This document shows, in pieces, positions 41,576 to 52,172 of a DNA stretch of 64,000 nucleotides. The position numbers and the translations under genes are program-made. Under the pieces are notes generated by a model. The model did no database searches and was not told where the DNA came from. It saw only the letters and a list, made by a program, of their open reading frames with translations. Source of the stretch: Cyanobacteriota bacterium (lineage in GTDB: Bacteria > Cyanobacteriota > Cyanobacteriia > Thermostichales > Thermostichaceae); the NCBI GenBank assembly GCA_033764955.1, contig JANRIL010000042.1:64001-128000 (forward strand), written 5' to 3'. Every line of letters starts with the position of its first letter. Positions within the stretch are counted from its first letter, which is position 1.

Positions 41576-44410
41576 ATGACTGCTCTTTATCAATCGGATA
41601 GCCAGCCGTTGACTCAGACATCCCCTACCGAATCACCCGTAGAAATGCGGGATTGGTTGGCGGCGCTTGAGGCGATTCGCTCTGAACTGAATCGTTCTCG
41701 AACCCTAGAGGATCCCGAATTGCGGGAGCGATTTCATCACCTCGACCTACAAACCCAACGGTTGCAACATCAGGTGAGTGGTGTGATGCAGACGGCTGGA
41801 GCGGAGTTGTTTCGGGCGGAACGGGAACAATTGGCTCGCTTGGTCAACCCGATGCGGCAGGCTCCCGATATCTCCTCTCTCCTCAATACCTGTGTGGGGT
41901 TGATCCGCGATCAGTTGGGGGCGGAACGGGTGCTGATTTTTCGCTTTGGCAACGAACGGCAGGGATCCGTGGTCGCAGAGGCGATGGAGCAGGGCTGGAC
42001 TCCCGCCTTGGGGGAGAGCTTGCCCATCACCACCTTTGGTTTGGATGTGAGCAGCGAGTTTTTACGCTTTCCCCTCCTCAAGATGGATGATGTCAGTCAA
42101 GCCGGACTCACCCCCTATCAACGGCAACTGCTGGATCGCTTTCAGGTGAAGGCACAACTGGTGCTGGTCATCCGCGTGGCTGGGGATCCCTGGGGATTGT
42201 TGGTGGTGCAGCGCTGTCTCAAGCCGATCCTCTGGTCGGAGGCGGATCTGAGTTTACTGTCGCAGGTGGTGACCGAACTGACGCTACTGCTGCAACCCTT
42301 AGAAAGCCAAGCCGAGAGCGAGGCCAAAATCCTCTGGGAGCGTAACCTCAGCGATCTCTTAGGTAAAATGCTCGATCAAATCCGGCAGACCGCCTCGATA
42401 GAGCAGGTATTTAAGAGCATCACCGGTGATTTGCGCTCCCTCCTCAAAACGGATCGCGTGGCAATTTATCGCTTTAACCCCAACTGGAGTGGCCAATTTG
42501 TAGCGGAATCGGTGGCAGCAGGCTGGGTAAAATTGGTGGGGCAGGATGTCAACGATACCTACTTCACCGAAACCCAGGGATCCACCTATCGGCAGGGGCA
42601 GAGTCTGGTGGTTCACGACCTCGCCCAATCGGGGCATTCCGCCTGCCATCGGGAGTTGATTGAACAATTCCAGGCCAAAGCCTATGTCGTCGTGCCGATT
42701 TTGCAGGGGGATACCCTCTGGGGTTTGTTGGCGGCCTATCAAAACGCCCACCCTCGCCAGTGGCAGGTAGCCGAAATCAGTCTGCTGCAACGGGTGGGAT
42801 CCCAGTTGGGAGTAGCAGTGGATCTGGCGGCCTCCCTCAAAGAGGCGCAGCGGCAGGCAGAACGGGAACAAACCCTCACCAAAATTGTTGATCGCATCCG
42901 CCAATCCCTGGATCCGGATCCCATTTTCAAATCCACCACCCAGGAAGTGCGGCAACTGCTCACCTGTGACCGCGTCGCCCTCTATCAATTTAAGGAAGAC
43001 TGGAGCGGTGAATTTGTGGCTGAATCAGTGGCAGGGGGCTGGGTCAAGCTGCTGGGGAGCCAGGTCAAAGACAGCTTCCTGGAGCGCACCCAAGGAGGAC
43101 GCTACGTTCATAATGAGTACCAAGCCGTAGATGACATCTACGCCACTGGATTTGATGCCTGCCACCTGCAATTGTTGGAGCAATTCCAGGCGCGTGCCTA
43201 TGTGATTGTGCCCGTCTTGCAGGGAGACAAACTGTGGGGCTTATTGGCGGCCTATCAAAACAGCACCACCCGCCATTGGGAAGAGTCGGAAATCAACCTG
43301 TTGATGCAGATCGGATCCCAGTTTGGCCTGGCGCTACAGCAGGCGGAGTATCTCAACCAGTTGCGTCTGCAATCGGAACAGCTAGCCGAGGCCGCCGCCC
43401 GCGAAAAAGCGGCCAAAGAACAACTGCAACAGCGAGCCATTCAACTGCTGGTGGCGGTACGCCCGGTTTTTAACGGAGATTTGACGGTGCGTGCCCCGAT
43501 TACCGAAGACGAGGTGGGAACGATTGCTGATGCCTACAACAACACCATCCAAAGCCTGCGGAAATTAGTGGTGCAGGTGCAGACCGCCGCTAGCCAGGTG
43601 GCCGACACCATTTTGGCGGGTGAAAGCGCCATGACCGGACTCTCCGCCCAAGCCCGTCAACAGCTAGAGGAGCTGACCCAAGCCCAGAACGAGATGCAGG
43701 CGGCGGTTACGTCAACCCAGGCCGTGGTCAGCAATGCAACCCAAGTGGAAGTGGCGGTGCAACAAGCCAACCAAACTCTGCAAGCGGGGGATCGCGCCAT
43801 GAACCGAACGGTGGATGGCATCTTGGCGATTCGCGATACGGTGTCGGAAACTAGCAAAAAAATCAAACGCTTGAGCGAGTCTTCCCAAAAAATCTCCAAG
43901 GTGGTCAGCCTGATTGGCAACTTTGCCACCCAAACCAACTTGCTTGCCCTAAACGCTGCCATCGAAGCCACCCGTGCGGGGGAATATGGACGGGGATTTG
44001 CGGTAGTGGCGGATGAAGTGCGTTCCCTAGCCCGCCAGTCAGCGGCAGCGACGGCGGAGATCGAAAAGCTGGTGCAGGAGATCCAGATGGAAACCAGCGA
44101 AGTGACCGCCGCCATGGAGACTGGCATCCAACAGGTGGTGGAGGGGACCTCGTTGGTGAATGAAACCCGCCAGAGCTTGAATGATATTGTGGCTTCTACG
44201 GCTCAGATCAGCCAGTTGGTACAGCAGATTACCCACGTTACCGCTCGGCAGGAGCAGCAGGCGCAGGTGGTTACCGATACCATGACGGATGTGGCCTCGA
44301 TTGCCAGCAAAACCTCAGCCGATTCTGATCAAATTGCCCAGTCCTTCTCTCACCTCTTAAAAATGGCCGAGGCACTGCAAGCCAGTGTGGGTCAATTCAA
44401 GGTGGAGTAG
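41576..44410 (+). CDS. Soluble photosensory methyl-accepting chemotaxis protein with three GAF domains (PixJ/PtxD-like)
   Basis: Three GAFs, two with the CBCR Cys-His motif (SACH, DACH), HAMP, MCP signature [31 protein letters not shown]; no TM segments seen. Confidence 0.92.
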   Translation: MTALYQSDSQPLTQTSPTESPVEMRDWLAALEAIRSELNRSRTLEDPELRERFHHLDLQTQRLQHQVSGVMQTAGAELFRAEREQLARLVNPMRQAPDISSLLNTCVGLIRDQLGAERVLIFRFGNERQGSVVAEAMEQGWTPALGESLPITTFGLDVSSEFLRFPLLKMDDVSQAGLTPYQRQLLDRFQVKAQLVLVIRVAGDPWGLLVVQRCLKPILWSEADLSLLSQVVTELTLLLQPLESQAESEAKILWERNLSDLLGKMLDQIRQTASIEQVFKSITGDLRSLLKTDRVAIYRFNPNWSGQFVAESVAAGWVKLVGQDVNDTYFTETQGSTYRQGQSLVVHDLAQSGHSACHRELIEQFQAKAYVVVPILQGDTLWGLLAAYQNAHPRQWQVAEISLLQRVGSQLGVAVDLAASLKEAQRQAEREQTLTKIVDRIRQSLDPDPIFKSTTQEVRQLLTCDRVALYQFKEDWSGEFVAESVAGGWVKLLGSQVKDSFLERTQGGRYVHNEYQAVDDIYATGFDACHLQLLEQFQARAYVIVPVLQGDKLWGLLAAYQNSTTRHWEESEINLLMQIGSQFGLALQQAEYLNQLRLQSEQLAEAAAREKAAKEQLQQRAIQLLVAVRPVFNGDLTVRAPITEDEVGTIADAYNNTIQSLRKLVVQVQTAASQVADTILAGESAMTGLSAQARQQLEELTQAQNEMQAAVTSTQAVVSNATQVEVAVQQANQTLQAGDRAMNRTVDGILAIRDTVSETSKKIKRLSESSQKISKVVSLIGNFATQTNLLALNAAIEATRAGEYGRGFAVVADEVRSLARQSAAATAEIEKLVQEIQMETSEVTAAMETGIQQVVEGTSLVNETRQSLNDIVASTAQISQLVQQITHVTARQEQQAQVVTDTMTDVASIASKTSADSDQIAQSFSHLLKMAEALQASVGQFKVE

Positions 44411-44566
44411 CGCCGGCATTCCTCTCGTATGGATAACCCTTTCCCCAGGGATGGTTGGAGGCAATTTCGCCAACGGGCGCGTGCCCTCAAGCAACGCTCA
44501 CGAGCGGTGCCCCGCCGACCGACTTTCTGCCATCCCGCTTCCCCTCACCCTCGGAGTACCTCCCCT

Positions 44567-47500
44567 ATGGCGATGGATCCCCATATTGTTGATCAGGGCT
44601 ATATGTACTTCCTGATGGAAGCCCCCGAACTGCTGCAAACCCTAGAGCAGGAGTTAGTCAGTCTCAGCCAAGAAAAAACTGTGCCCAAGGTTCACAGTCT
44701 GATGCGAACGGCTCACACCCTCAAGGGATCCGCTGCCAGTGTGGGGCTAGAGACGATCAAGACGGTAGCGCACTATCTGGAGGATGCTTTCAAAGCCCTT
44801 TACAGCCCAGAGATCGAGATCGACAGCTCATTGGAGATGTTGCTGTTGCAGGGCTACGACTGTTTGCGGATCCCCTTGATGGCAGAGTTGCAGGGATCCC
44901 AGGTGGATGAGGTAGAGATTCTGGATCGAGCCGCCACGGTGTTTGCTCAACTGCAAGAGAAACTGGGGGATTTTATGGGTCAGGAAGCCCATATCCCCAC
45001 GTCGGTGGAGCTGGGGTTTGATATTGCCCAATCGATTTTTGAAGTGGGGGTGGGACAACGCTTGCAGGATCTAGAGGCGCTGTTGCAGGAACCGGATCCC
45101 GCGGTGGTGGAGGTGGGTTTGCGCTCCCAACTGGAGGTGTTTGTGGGGCTGGCGGAATCTCTCGATTTGCCAGGATTTGGGGCAATTGCCCAGACCACCC
45201 TAGCGGCTCTCGATGCCCATCCCGATCAGGTGCTGGCGATTGCTCAGGTGGCCGTGGCCGATCTCAAACAGGCGCGGGCGGAGGTTTTGGCGGGGGATCG
45301 CCACCGTGGTGGGGATCCCTCAGCCGCACTCCTGGCTTGGTTGCTACCCCCAATGACCGAATCTGTCCAGCCAGCACCCCCCCCTGGCCACGATTTGCTG
45401 ATCCTGCCCACAACTCTCCCGCCGTTACCGGAGCTTCTGCCCCCACTACCTCCGGATCCCGATCCGATTGACTCCTTGCTTAGCGAAATTGATGCCCTGG
45501 TCAGTCAAGCGACCCAGCAAACCGCCAGCTTGGATCCTCCCCCTCCGGCTCCTCCCTCCCTGGAGTCGATCCCTCCCCTGCCCGCTCCCCCCTCCCTAGA
45601 AGCCATGTTTGCGGGCTTGGCGACGGGATCCCTATCCGATTTACCCCTCGATTTGCCCTCCAATTTATCCCCCGATTTACGATCTCATTTGCCGACGACG
45701 ACTGCATCGGTGGCTCCTCAACCCCTGGCGGATCCTCCCTCGCTGGAGGCCATGTTTGCTGGACTGGCTCCTCCGCTCCCCCCTTCCCCAAATCCAGGGA
45801 TGCCCTCAGTACTTCCTGAGTTGAAGCCTGAGTTGGCTGAACCCGCTAATTTGCCGGTGATTTCATCGGATTTACCCAAAAACTCACTGCCTCCTCCCTC
45901 TGGGATCCCTGATCTCCCCATTGCGGATCTGGCTCCTGCCACAGCCTCTTCCCCCGCCCCAAGCTCACCACCGGCGGCGAGTTCAACCTCCCTCGTACTT
46001 TCCCAAATCTGGGGATCCTTCGCCGCGACGGCTCCTAGCCAGAACCTTGTGATCGCCGATCCACCCCCCCTAGAGGCCAAATTTGCCCCACCCACCCAGC
46101 CCACCCAGCCCCGTCCCTCCGTGCGCGTAGATGTGGAACTGCTGGAGCGGCTCAACAACCTGGTAGGGGAACTGCTGATCAACCAAAATCGGCAGGCTCT
46201 CCAAAACCAAAACCTGCAACAGGGGGTGCAACAATTGCTCACCCGCCTCAGCCACCACCAGCAAACCCTGGCTCGCCTTCAGGAAGTCTCCGATCAATCT
46301 TGGATCTTGCCCTCCCTCCAGCCCCGCGATCAGAGCACCCAGCAACCCCTCACTTGGCAACAACTGGCTCGTTGGGGATCCCAGGCCAACTTTGACCAAC
46401 TGGAACTGGATCACTACAGCGACCTTCAGCTCATCCTGCAACAGGCTTTTGAAGAATGGGTGCATCTGCAAGAAGCCAGCGACGCCATCGACCTATTTGC
46501 GCGGGAAGCCAACCAAACCCTGGAAAAGCAACAGCGCATGTTGACCAGTGTGCGGGATGATGTCATGCAGGCGCGCATGTTGCCCCTGGCGGAACTGTTC
46601 AATCGATTTCCCCGCATGCTGCGGGAGTTATCCGCTAAATATGGCAAGTCTGTCGATTTGCAGATGGTGGGCAGCGAAGTTTTAGTGGATAAAGCCGTTC
46701 TGGAAAAACTCTATGAACCCCTCCTTCACCTGATCCGCAACGCCTTTGACCACGGCATCGAACCCCCCGCTACCCGCCGTGCCCAGGGCAAACCGGAAAA
46801 AGGGCGGATCATGCTGCGCGCCCACTCCCAAGGGGGACGTACCCACATCCAGGTCAGCGACGATGGCCAAGGCTTACCTATCGAGCGAATTCGGCAACGG
46901 GCGGTCGAAAAAGGCTTGTTATCCGCCTCTCAAGCCCAATCTCTGCCCCTGCCCCAACTATTTGACATTTTATTTGAACCGGGCTTCTCCACCGCCGAGC
47001 AGGTGAGCGAACTTTCCGGTCGGGGAGTCGGGTTGGATGTGGTGCGGGATCAACTGCGCCACCTGAAAGGAACCGTTAGCGTTTCCTCTCAACCTCAGCA
47101 GGGATCCAGCTTCACCCTGCAAATTCCCCAAACCCTCACCATCGCCAAGCTGCTAGTCTGTCAATCTGGGCAACGGGTTTATGCCTTTCTCTCGGATGGC
47201 ATCCAACAAATCCTCATCCCCAAATCAGACCAGATGCAAACCACCCGTGGGCAAAAAGTCCTGCAATGGGGATCCACCCTCGTGCCCGTTCGCGCCCTCT
47301 CTACCCTCCTCACCTATACCTATCCGCTGCCACAGGCACAACCCTCCGTGGAAGCTGGCTCTTCCTCTCCTCTCTTGCTCCTCCACGATCAACACCGCCA
47401 TCTGGCTCTAGAGGTAGAACAACTGCTAGGCGAACAGGAACTGGTGATCAAACCCCTCGGCAACGTAATCACTCCCCCCCCCTACGTCTATGGCTGTAGC

Positions 47501-48028
47501 ATCTTGGGGGATGGTCGGCTAGCGCTGGTGGTGGATAGCATTGCCCTCATGCAGCAGATCTTGCGCCCGATTGCCCCCGCCCCCCGCCTCACTGCCCCCG
47601 ATCGACTTGCCTTGGCTGCCCCATCCCGCTCCAGTCAACTGTTATTAGTGGTGGATGACTCGATCACCCTGCGGCAAACCCTCAGCGCCACCCTCCAGCG
47701 GGCAGGATACCAGGTCATTCAAGCCCGCGATGGTCGAGAAGCCCTCGAGCAACTGCGGCAAAACCCCACCATTCAGATGGTGATCTGCGATGTAGAGATG
47801 CCCCACATGAATGGCTTTGAATTCCTTAGTCACTGCCAAAAAAGCGGATCCCTCCAGCAGTCTCCGGTGGTCATGCTCACCTCCCGCAGCGGCGATAAGC
47901 ATCGGCAAATGGCAATGACGTTGGGAGCCTCCGCCTATCTCAGCAAACCCTACCTAGAACACGAACTGCTCGCCACCCTCCAGCAGGTGCTAACTCCTCA
48001 GCCCAGCTCACCCCCCCTCTCTCTATGA
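44567..48028 (+). CDS. CheA-like hybrid kinase (Hpt - Pro-rich linker - HATPase - CheW - REC; PixL-like)
   Basis: RTAHTLKGSA, HLIRNAFDHGIE, SGRGVGLDVV, C-terminal REC; ATG at 44567 preferred to 44429. Confidence 0.92.
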   Translation: MAMDPHIVDQGYMYFLMEAPELLQTLEQELVSLSQEKTVPKVHSLMRTAHTLKGSAASVGLETIKTVAHYLEDAFKALYSPEIEIDSSLEMLLLQGYDCLRIPLMAELQGSQVDEVEILDRAATVFAQLQEKLGDFMGQEAHIPTSVELGFDIAQSIFEVGVGQRLQDLEALLQEPDPAVVEVGLRSQLEVFVGLAESLDLPGFGAIAQTTLAALDAHPDQVLAIAQVAVADLKQARAEVLAGDRHRGGDPSAALLAWLLPPMTESVQPAPPPGHDLLILPTTLPPLPELLPPLPPDPDPIDSLLSEIDALVSQATQQTASLDPPPPAPPSLESIPPLPAPPSLEAMFAGLATGSLSDLPLDLPSNLSPDLRSHLPTTTASVAPQPLADPPSLEAMFAGLAPPLPPSPNPGMPSVLPELKPELAEPANLPVISSDLPKNSLPPPSGIPDLPIADLAPATASSPAPSSPPAASSTSLVLSQIWGSFAATAPSQNLVIADPPPLEAKFAPPTQPTQPRPSVRVDVELLERLNNLVGELLINQNRQALQNQNLQQGVQQLLTRLSHHQQTLARLQEVSDQSWILPSLQPRDQSTQQPLTWQQLARWGSQANFDQLELDHYSDLQLILQQAFEEWVHLQEASDAIDLFAREANQTLEKQQRMLTSVRDDVMQARMLPLAELFNRFPRMLRELSAKYGKSVDLQMVGSEVLVDKAVLEKLYEPLLHLIRNAFDHGIEPPATRRAQGKPEKGRIMLRAHSQGGRTHIQVSDDGQGLPIERIRQRAVEKGLLSASQAQSLPLPQLFDILFEPGFSTAEQVSELSGRGVGLDVVRDQLRHLKGTVSVSSQPQQGSSFTLQIPQTLTIAKLLVCQSGQRVYAFLSDGIQQILIPKSDQMQTTRGQKVLQWGSTLVPVRALSTLLTYTYPLPQAQPSVEAGSSSPLLLLHDQHRHLALEVEQLLGEQELVIKPLGNVITPPPYVYGCSILGDGRLALVVDSIALMQQILRPIAPAPRLTAPDRLALAAPSRSSQLLLVVDDSITLRQTLSATLQRAGYQVIQARDGREALEQLRQNPTIQMVICDVEMPHMNGFEFLSHCQKSGSLQQSPVVMLTSRSGDKHRQMAMTLGASAYLSKPYLEHELLATLQQVLTPQPSSPPLSL

Positions 48029-48561
48029 CACCCACCCCTGCCCCAGACTTCCTCAAGGTGATCACCTTCACCGTGGCATCCCAACCCTTAGCCCTCCCCC
48101 TAGCCCAGGGCAAAGACAGCCCTTTTCCCGTTGTGCAACGGGTGATCCATAGCCCCGTCAGTCTGAACCACCATCCTCTACAACTGCTGCATTGGGAAGA
48201 TCAGGATGTGATCATTCTCAATCTGCACAGCCTATCCACCCCTGCTCAGGCGATCCCCCCCTTCTTAATTTTGGTGCAGACCCCCAACCAAGAATGCTAT
48301 GGGATCCCGGTTAGCGATCCCCCTAGCCTACTCGAACTCCCCCTTGCAACCATCCGCCCCCTGCCCCCCTCCTATGCCCAAAGGGATCCCCTCGGCATGG
48401 CCAGCTATATCGCCGTGTTACCCCAAAGCGGGGATCCCCTCATTCTCTTTTTGCTCGATCTCAACCGCGCGCTCCAGGTTTTAAGCCAGCCTCCCACTCC
48501 TCCATCCGGCTTATCCCCCGCCGCTGGCTCCCCCCCAACCAGGGATCCCTTCCTCCTCTAA
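48025..48561 (+). CDS. Second CheW-like protein
   Basis: LKVITFTV...LALP, YGIPV...P.LLELP, LFLLDL; ATGA overlap with cheA-like gene. Confidence 0.7.
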   Translation: MTPTPAPDFLKVITFTVASQPLALPLAQGKDSPFPVVQRVIHSPVSLNHHPLQLLHWEDQDVIILNLHSLSTPAQAIPPFLILVQTPNQECYGIPVSDPPSLLELPLATIRPLPPSYAQRDPLGMASYIAVLPQSGDPLILFLLDLNRALQVLSQPPTPPSGLSPAAGSPPTRDPFLL

Positions 48562-50087
48562 TGGGCGACTATTTCAGGGAGAGATTGAAAAGTATGGGGA
48601 TGCCAGATGGGTAAATCAAAATAAAAGGTTGTGCCTTGGTTTACCACCGAATCAAAACCAATGTGTCCCCCCAGTTTTTCGACAATGGCTTTACTGATAC
48701 TCAACCCCAAGCCCGTTCCGCCCCGTTGGCGAGTATTTGAAGAGTCTGATTGAGCAAATTTCTGAAAAATATAGCTGCGAAATTCCTCAGAGATCCCACA
48801 GCCTTGGTCAATAACTGCCACCCGACAAAATGACCCTTGCTGCGAAACTACCACTTTGACCACACTATCAGGGGGAGAAAACTTAGCCGCATTGGAGAGT
48901 AAATTGGTCAACACCTGCAAAAGGCGATTGCTGTCAGCATTCACCCAGACATCCGGATAACCCGGTTCGAGATCTACCCTCACGCCATATTGCGCCGCAA
49001 AAGCCAGATTGGCCTCAACCGACTGTTGAATAATAGGCACCAAAGCCATTGGCTGAACGTTAAATTCCATGCGACCGGCTTCAATCTTTTCGATATCCAA
49101 AATATCGTTGATCAACAGTACCAATCGTTCGCTACTGCGATAGGCAATCTCGGTTAGCGCACGGGCTTGGGCGGGTAACTCTCCCAAAACCCCTCCCACA
49201 ATTAACCCTAAAGCTCCCCGAATTGAGGTGAGGGGGGTTCTCAGCTCGTGGCTGACGGTGGAAACAAATTCATTTTTGAGACGGTCAATCTTTTTCCGTT
49301 CGGTGATGTCTTCCACCAAACCCTCGTAATGATGTAGGGTGCCCCCCTCGCCATAGACAGCGCGTGCGCTTTGAGCAATCCAAATAATTCGTCCATCTTT
49401 GCGATAAACCTGGGATTCCAGGCGGGATACCTGTCCTTTTTCTTGCAAAAGGCGAATGAATCGATGATGGTCTTCCGGTTCCAAATAAAAAAGTTGGGGC
49501 ACGCGATCACGGGAATGCTCTACCATTTCACTTGGAGATGGATAGCCATAAATACGAGCCATCGCATAATTGACATCAATATAATTGCCGTCGGGAGCGA
49601 TCTGACACATCCCTTCCATCGCATTTTCAAAAATTCCGCGATAACGAGCTTCGGCTTTGTGTAAACTGGCTTCTACCGTATCTCCATGTTCGGTGGTAGT
49701 TTCCAAAATTAACTCTAAATCGGCTTTGCTGCGGCTCAATTCTTCCGCTTTTTCGTAAAGATGATCCTCCACCAAATCCCCATGCTGGGTGGTGGTCTCT
49801 AATAAAAGTTCCAGATCGGTTTTGGTCAAATATAGTTCTTCGGTGGTGGAATGCAGGTCTTCCTCAACCGCATCCCCATGCTCAGTGGTGGTTTCCAGCA
49901 GGATCTCCAGATCCAGTTTTTCCTGTTGAAGCCTATCAAGTTCTCCCCGTAAACGCTCAAGATCCTGGACAAGGGCGGCTTTTTCTTGAGTCAGCTTGGC
50001 TACCTCAAGTTTGAGATCTTCCATTTTGAGCAGGAGATCCTTCTTAAGGGGCTTTTTGCCTGATGGATGGGGCGATTTAGCAGACAC
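48558..50087 (-). CDS. Sensor histidine kinase: N-terminal coiled coil with three 32-aa repeats, PAS, HisKA, HATPase
   Basis: Three DLE[I/L][L/I]LETTT[E/Q]HGD repeats, PAS ending [32 protein letters not shown]. Confidence 0.92.
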   Translation of the reverse strand: MSAKSPHPSGKKPLKKDLLLKMEDLKLEVAKLTQEKAALVQDLERLRGELDRLQQEKLDLEILLETTTEHGDAVEEDLHSTTEELYLTKTDLELLLETTTQHGDLVEDHLYEKAEELSRSKADLELILETTTEHGDTVEASLHKAEARYRGIFENAMEGMCQIAPDGNYIDVNYAMARIYGYPSPSEMVEHSRDRVPQLFYLEPEDHHRFIRLLQEKGQVSRLESQVYRKDGRIIWIAQSARAVYGEGGTLHHYEGLVEDITERKKIDRLKNEFVSTVSHELRTPLTSIRGALGLIVGGVLGELPAQARALTEIAYRSSERLVLLINDILDIEKIEAGRMEFNVQPMALVPIIQQSVEANLAFAAQYGVRVDLEPGYPDVWVNADSNRLLQVLTNLLSNAAKFSPPDSVVKVVVSQQGSFCRVAVIDQGCGISEEFRSYIFQKFAQSDSSNTRQRGGTGLGLSISKAIVEKLGGHIGFDSVVNQGTTFYFDLPIWHPHTFQSLPEIVAH

Positions 50088-50116
50088 AGATCAGCGCAGC
50101 CTCACGGAAGGCACAA

Positions 50117-50461
50117 CTATTCTAGTTCCAAGATCATGCTGGGGAGGAGACGTTGCAGATTTTTTAGAGATTTGCCCTGCCAAGGAATCAGCTTGGATCC
50201 CTGAACGATGATTTTTAGGCTACCCTGCTGTCGGATTTTGAGAACAAACTTAGAGAGCATGTTAATGCCAGAACTGTTGAGAAATTGCAGATCCCGCAGA
50301 TCCAACTTGAGAGATTCCTGCTGTTGGTCGGCAGCATCCCCTAAGAGCTGAGCTACGGGGGCATATTCTTCTGTGCCCGCTAGCCGTAGGGATCCCTGGC
50401 AAACCACCGTTCCCGCTTCGGCATCGTAGTAAACGTAATAGTCGTCAGTCTTAATTTCCAT
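50117..50461 (-). CDS. STAS-like anti-anti-sigma-type protein (SiaC-like / Slr1659-like)
   Basis: 114 aa with LDLRDLQFLNSSGI, the STAS phospho-Ser loop pattern; GGAG RBS. Confidence 0.8.
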   Translation of the reverse strand: MEIKTDDYYVYYDAEAGTVVCQGSLRLAGTEEYAPVAQLLGDAADQQQESLKLDLRDLQFLNSSGINMLSKFVLKIRQQGSLKIIVQGSKLIPWQGKSLKNLQRLLPSMILELE

Positions 50462-50533
50462 GCTGCAACGGCTCCTTGATTATGTCTTGCTATTCATTCG
50501 CATGATCGAAATGGGTGAGACTGGGGTAAAACC

Positions 50534-51094
50534 TTAGAGGGTTTCCGCGAGAAGTTGCACCATGGTGGTGACGGCCACCGTCTCGATATTATTGCGCTGA
50601 ATCGTCTCAAACTTCCAGCCCAATTCGGCCTGATAGTCGTTGATCATCGTCAGATATCCCAACCCAGACTGCCCCGATTCATCCGGCTCTTCGATACGCT
50701 TAACATAGAGATCCCCTGGATCAGAGGTGCTCAACTCCTGGATAAACTCCTGAAATCCTCCCACTTTAGCAGGGGCAATCGAGTTCGTGGTTAAAAAGAT
50801 CAAGTGATGGGTGTTGACATAGAGGGCAATCGTAATCGAATCACCCGTCCGATCATCGTTATATTTCATGGCATTTTCAATCAGTTCATTGGCAATAAAG
50901 CTGATGGCACTTTTGACAGGGGCAGCAATCTCACCAGGGAAGAACGTCGCCATGTAGTCCGCCATAAAATCAGCCGACAATCCACTCGTACTCCATCGTT
51001 CCTTGAGGGGAACCGAGCTAGGGGAGAACCTGAGAATTAAATACTCTTCCCCTTTAGGTAAGTCATCTCGAAATTGTCCAAAAATTTGACTCAC
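50534..51094 (-). CDS. GHKL Ser/Thr kinase of anti-sigma type (SiaB/RsbW-like / Slr1658-like)
   Basis: N-box ANELIENAMKY, G2-like SGLGYLTM; no HisKA H-box. Confidence 0.78.
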   Translation of the reverse strand: MSQIFGQFRDDLPKGEEYLILRFSPSSVPLKERWSTSGLSADFMADYMATFFPGEIAAPVKSAISFIANELIENAMKYNDDRTGDSITIALYVNTHHLIFLTTNSIAPAKVGGFQEFIQELSTSDPGDLYVKRIEEPDESGQSGLGYLTMINDYQAELGWKFETIQRNNIETVAVTTMVQLLAETL

Positions 51095-51150
51095 GGGAAC
51101 CTCTCAAATAGGGGAGTAATCAAAGAGTATAAAAGGATAGCTCTTGCCAT

Positions 51151-51900
51151 TCATTGCCGTTTTAATACCAATACCGTGATATCGTCATAAACCTTCTGAG
51201 TGCCAATGTAGTTTCGCACATCTTGAATCACTTTTTCACGAATCTGTTGGGAGGGATCCCCCCAACAGTCCACGATGATTTGGCAAAGGCGATCAACCCA
51301 TGAGGTTCTCCCGCCGGATTTTCCGCTTCCGGGATGCCGTCAGTATAAAGCACGAGGCCATCCCCTACCTCCAAAAACAGTTGAGTCTGCCCAATAAAAA
51401 GCGAGATATCCATCTCTAGACCAAGCAGAAAGCCCAAGTCTATGGTGTCAATCCGCTCCATCATTCGATTGACTCCCACCAATACCATCTCCTCGTGTTG
51501 TCCTGTTAACCATAAATGCCCTTCGTAATAATCCAGCAAAGCCAGGGTTAAGTTTTTGTCGGAATTCATCCGTTGCAGGTTTTGGTAGATGGTTTGGTTG
51601 AGGGTGCTGAGAAACTTGATGGGATCCCTTTCCTGATTGACCAGTAGGGTACGCACCGCCGTTTGAACCATGATCGTCTTCAGCGCTGAGTCGGAGGTTC
51701 TCGTGCTTGAGCCGCTCGTTTAAGATAGTGATTGCTTGGTTGGCTTGGGCAAGCTGCTGGAGGGTCTCCGGCAAGGCCACTTCTGCTAGTTTGCGCTCTG
51801 TAATATCCTCGACCGCACCTAATAATACAAACGCCGATCAGCAGCGTCACAAATGTTGTGGGCACTCTCAGAAATCCAGACCCGTTTGCCATCCTTACAG
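51151..51900 (-). pseudogene. Decayed PAS-SpoIIE (PP2C) phosphatase gene
   Basis: PAC remnant KDGKRVWISESA...GAVEDITERK, coiled coil ...ENLRLSAE joined directly to IMVQTAVRTLL, frameshifts near 51820 and 51295, tail KVYDDITVLVLKRQ* in another frame. Confidence 0.85.
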
Positions 51901-52172
51901 TTGATCCAACTGAAAAATCCTCCCTCTATCACCCATACAGTAAGCTCTTAGGAAATCCAGACCAAGGGACTGACCGAGGCGGGCGATAGACTGAAGACGA
52001 CCCTTTCAGCGAGTGGTCGGGATCCTATTCATCTAGCCACCCCATAACCTGCTGTGTGATTTGTATCATTTCATGCTGGGGTGATGACAGATATACTGAA
52101 GAAGATGGGTAGTATAAGTTACACGGGGTGGCGCAGCTTTCGTGTTTTCCCGGTGGCAATTGTGGAGTCTCT

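Noticed and set aside
42359..44236. Long antisense ORFs opposite the MCP (and similar ones opposite ureC, lpxA, cheA)
   Set aside because: Shadow frames of well-supported genes with no recognisable motifs.
44429..44566. N-terminal extension of the CheA-like protein
   Set aside because: Arg/Pro-rich, no domain resemblance; the Hpt domain begins after ATG 44567.
51965..52025. Hairpin upstream of the diguanylate cyclase as a c-di-GMP riboswitch
   Set aside because: Short stems exist (CTGAA/TTCAG, GACC/GGTC) but the conserved class I/II riboswitch motifs are not recognisable.
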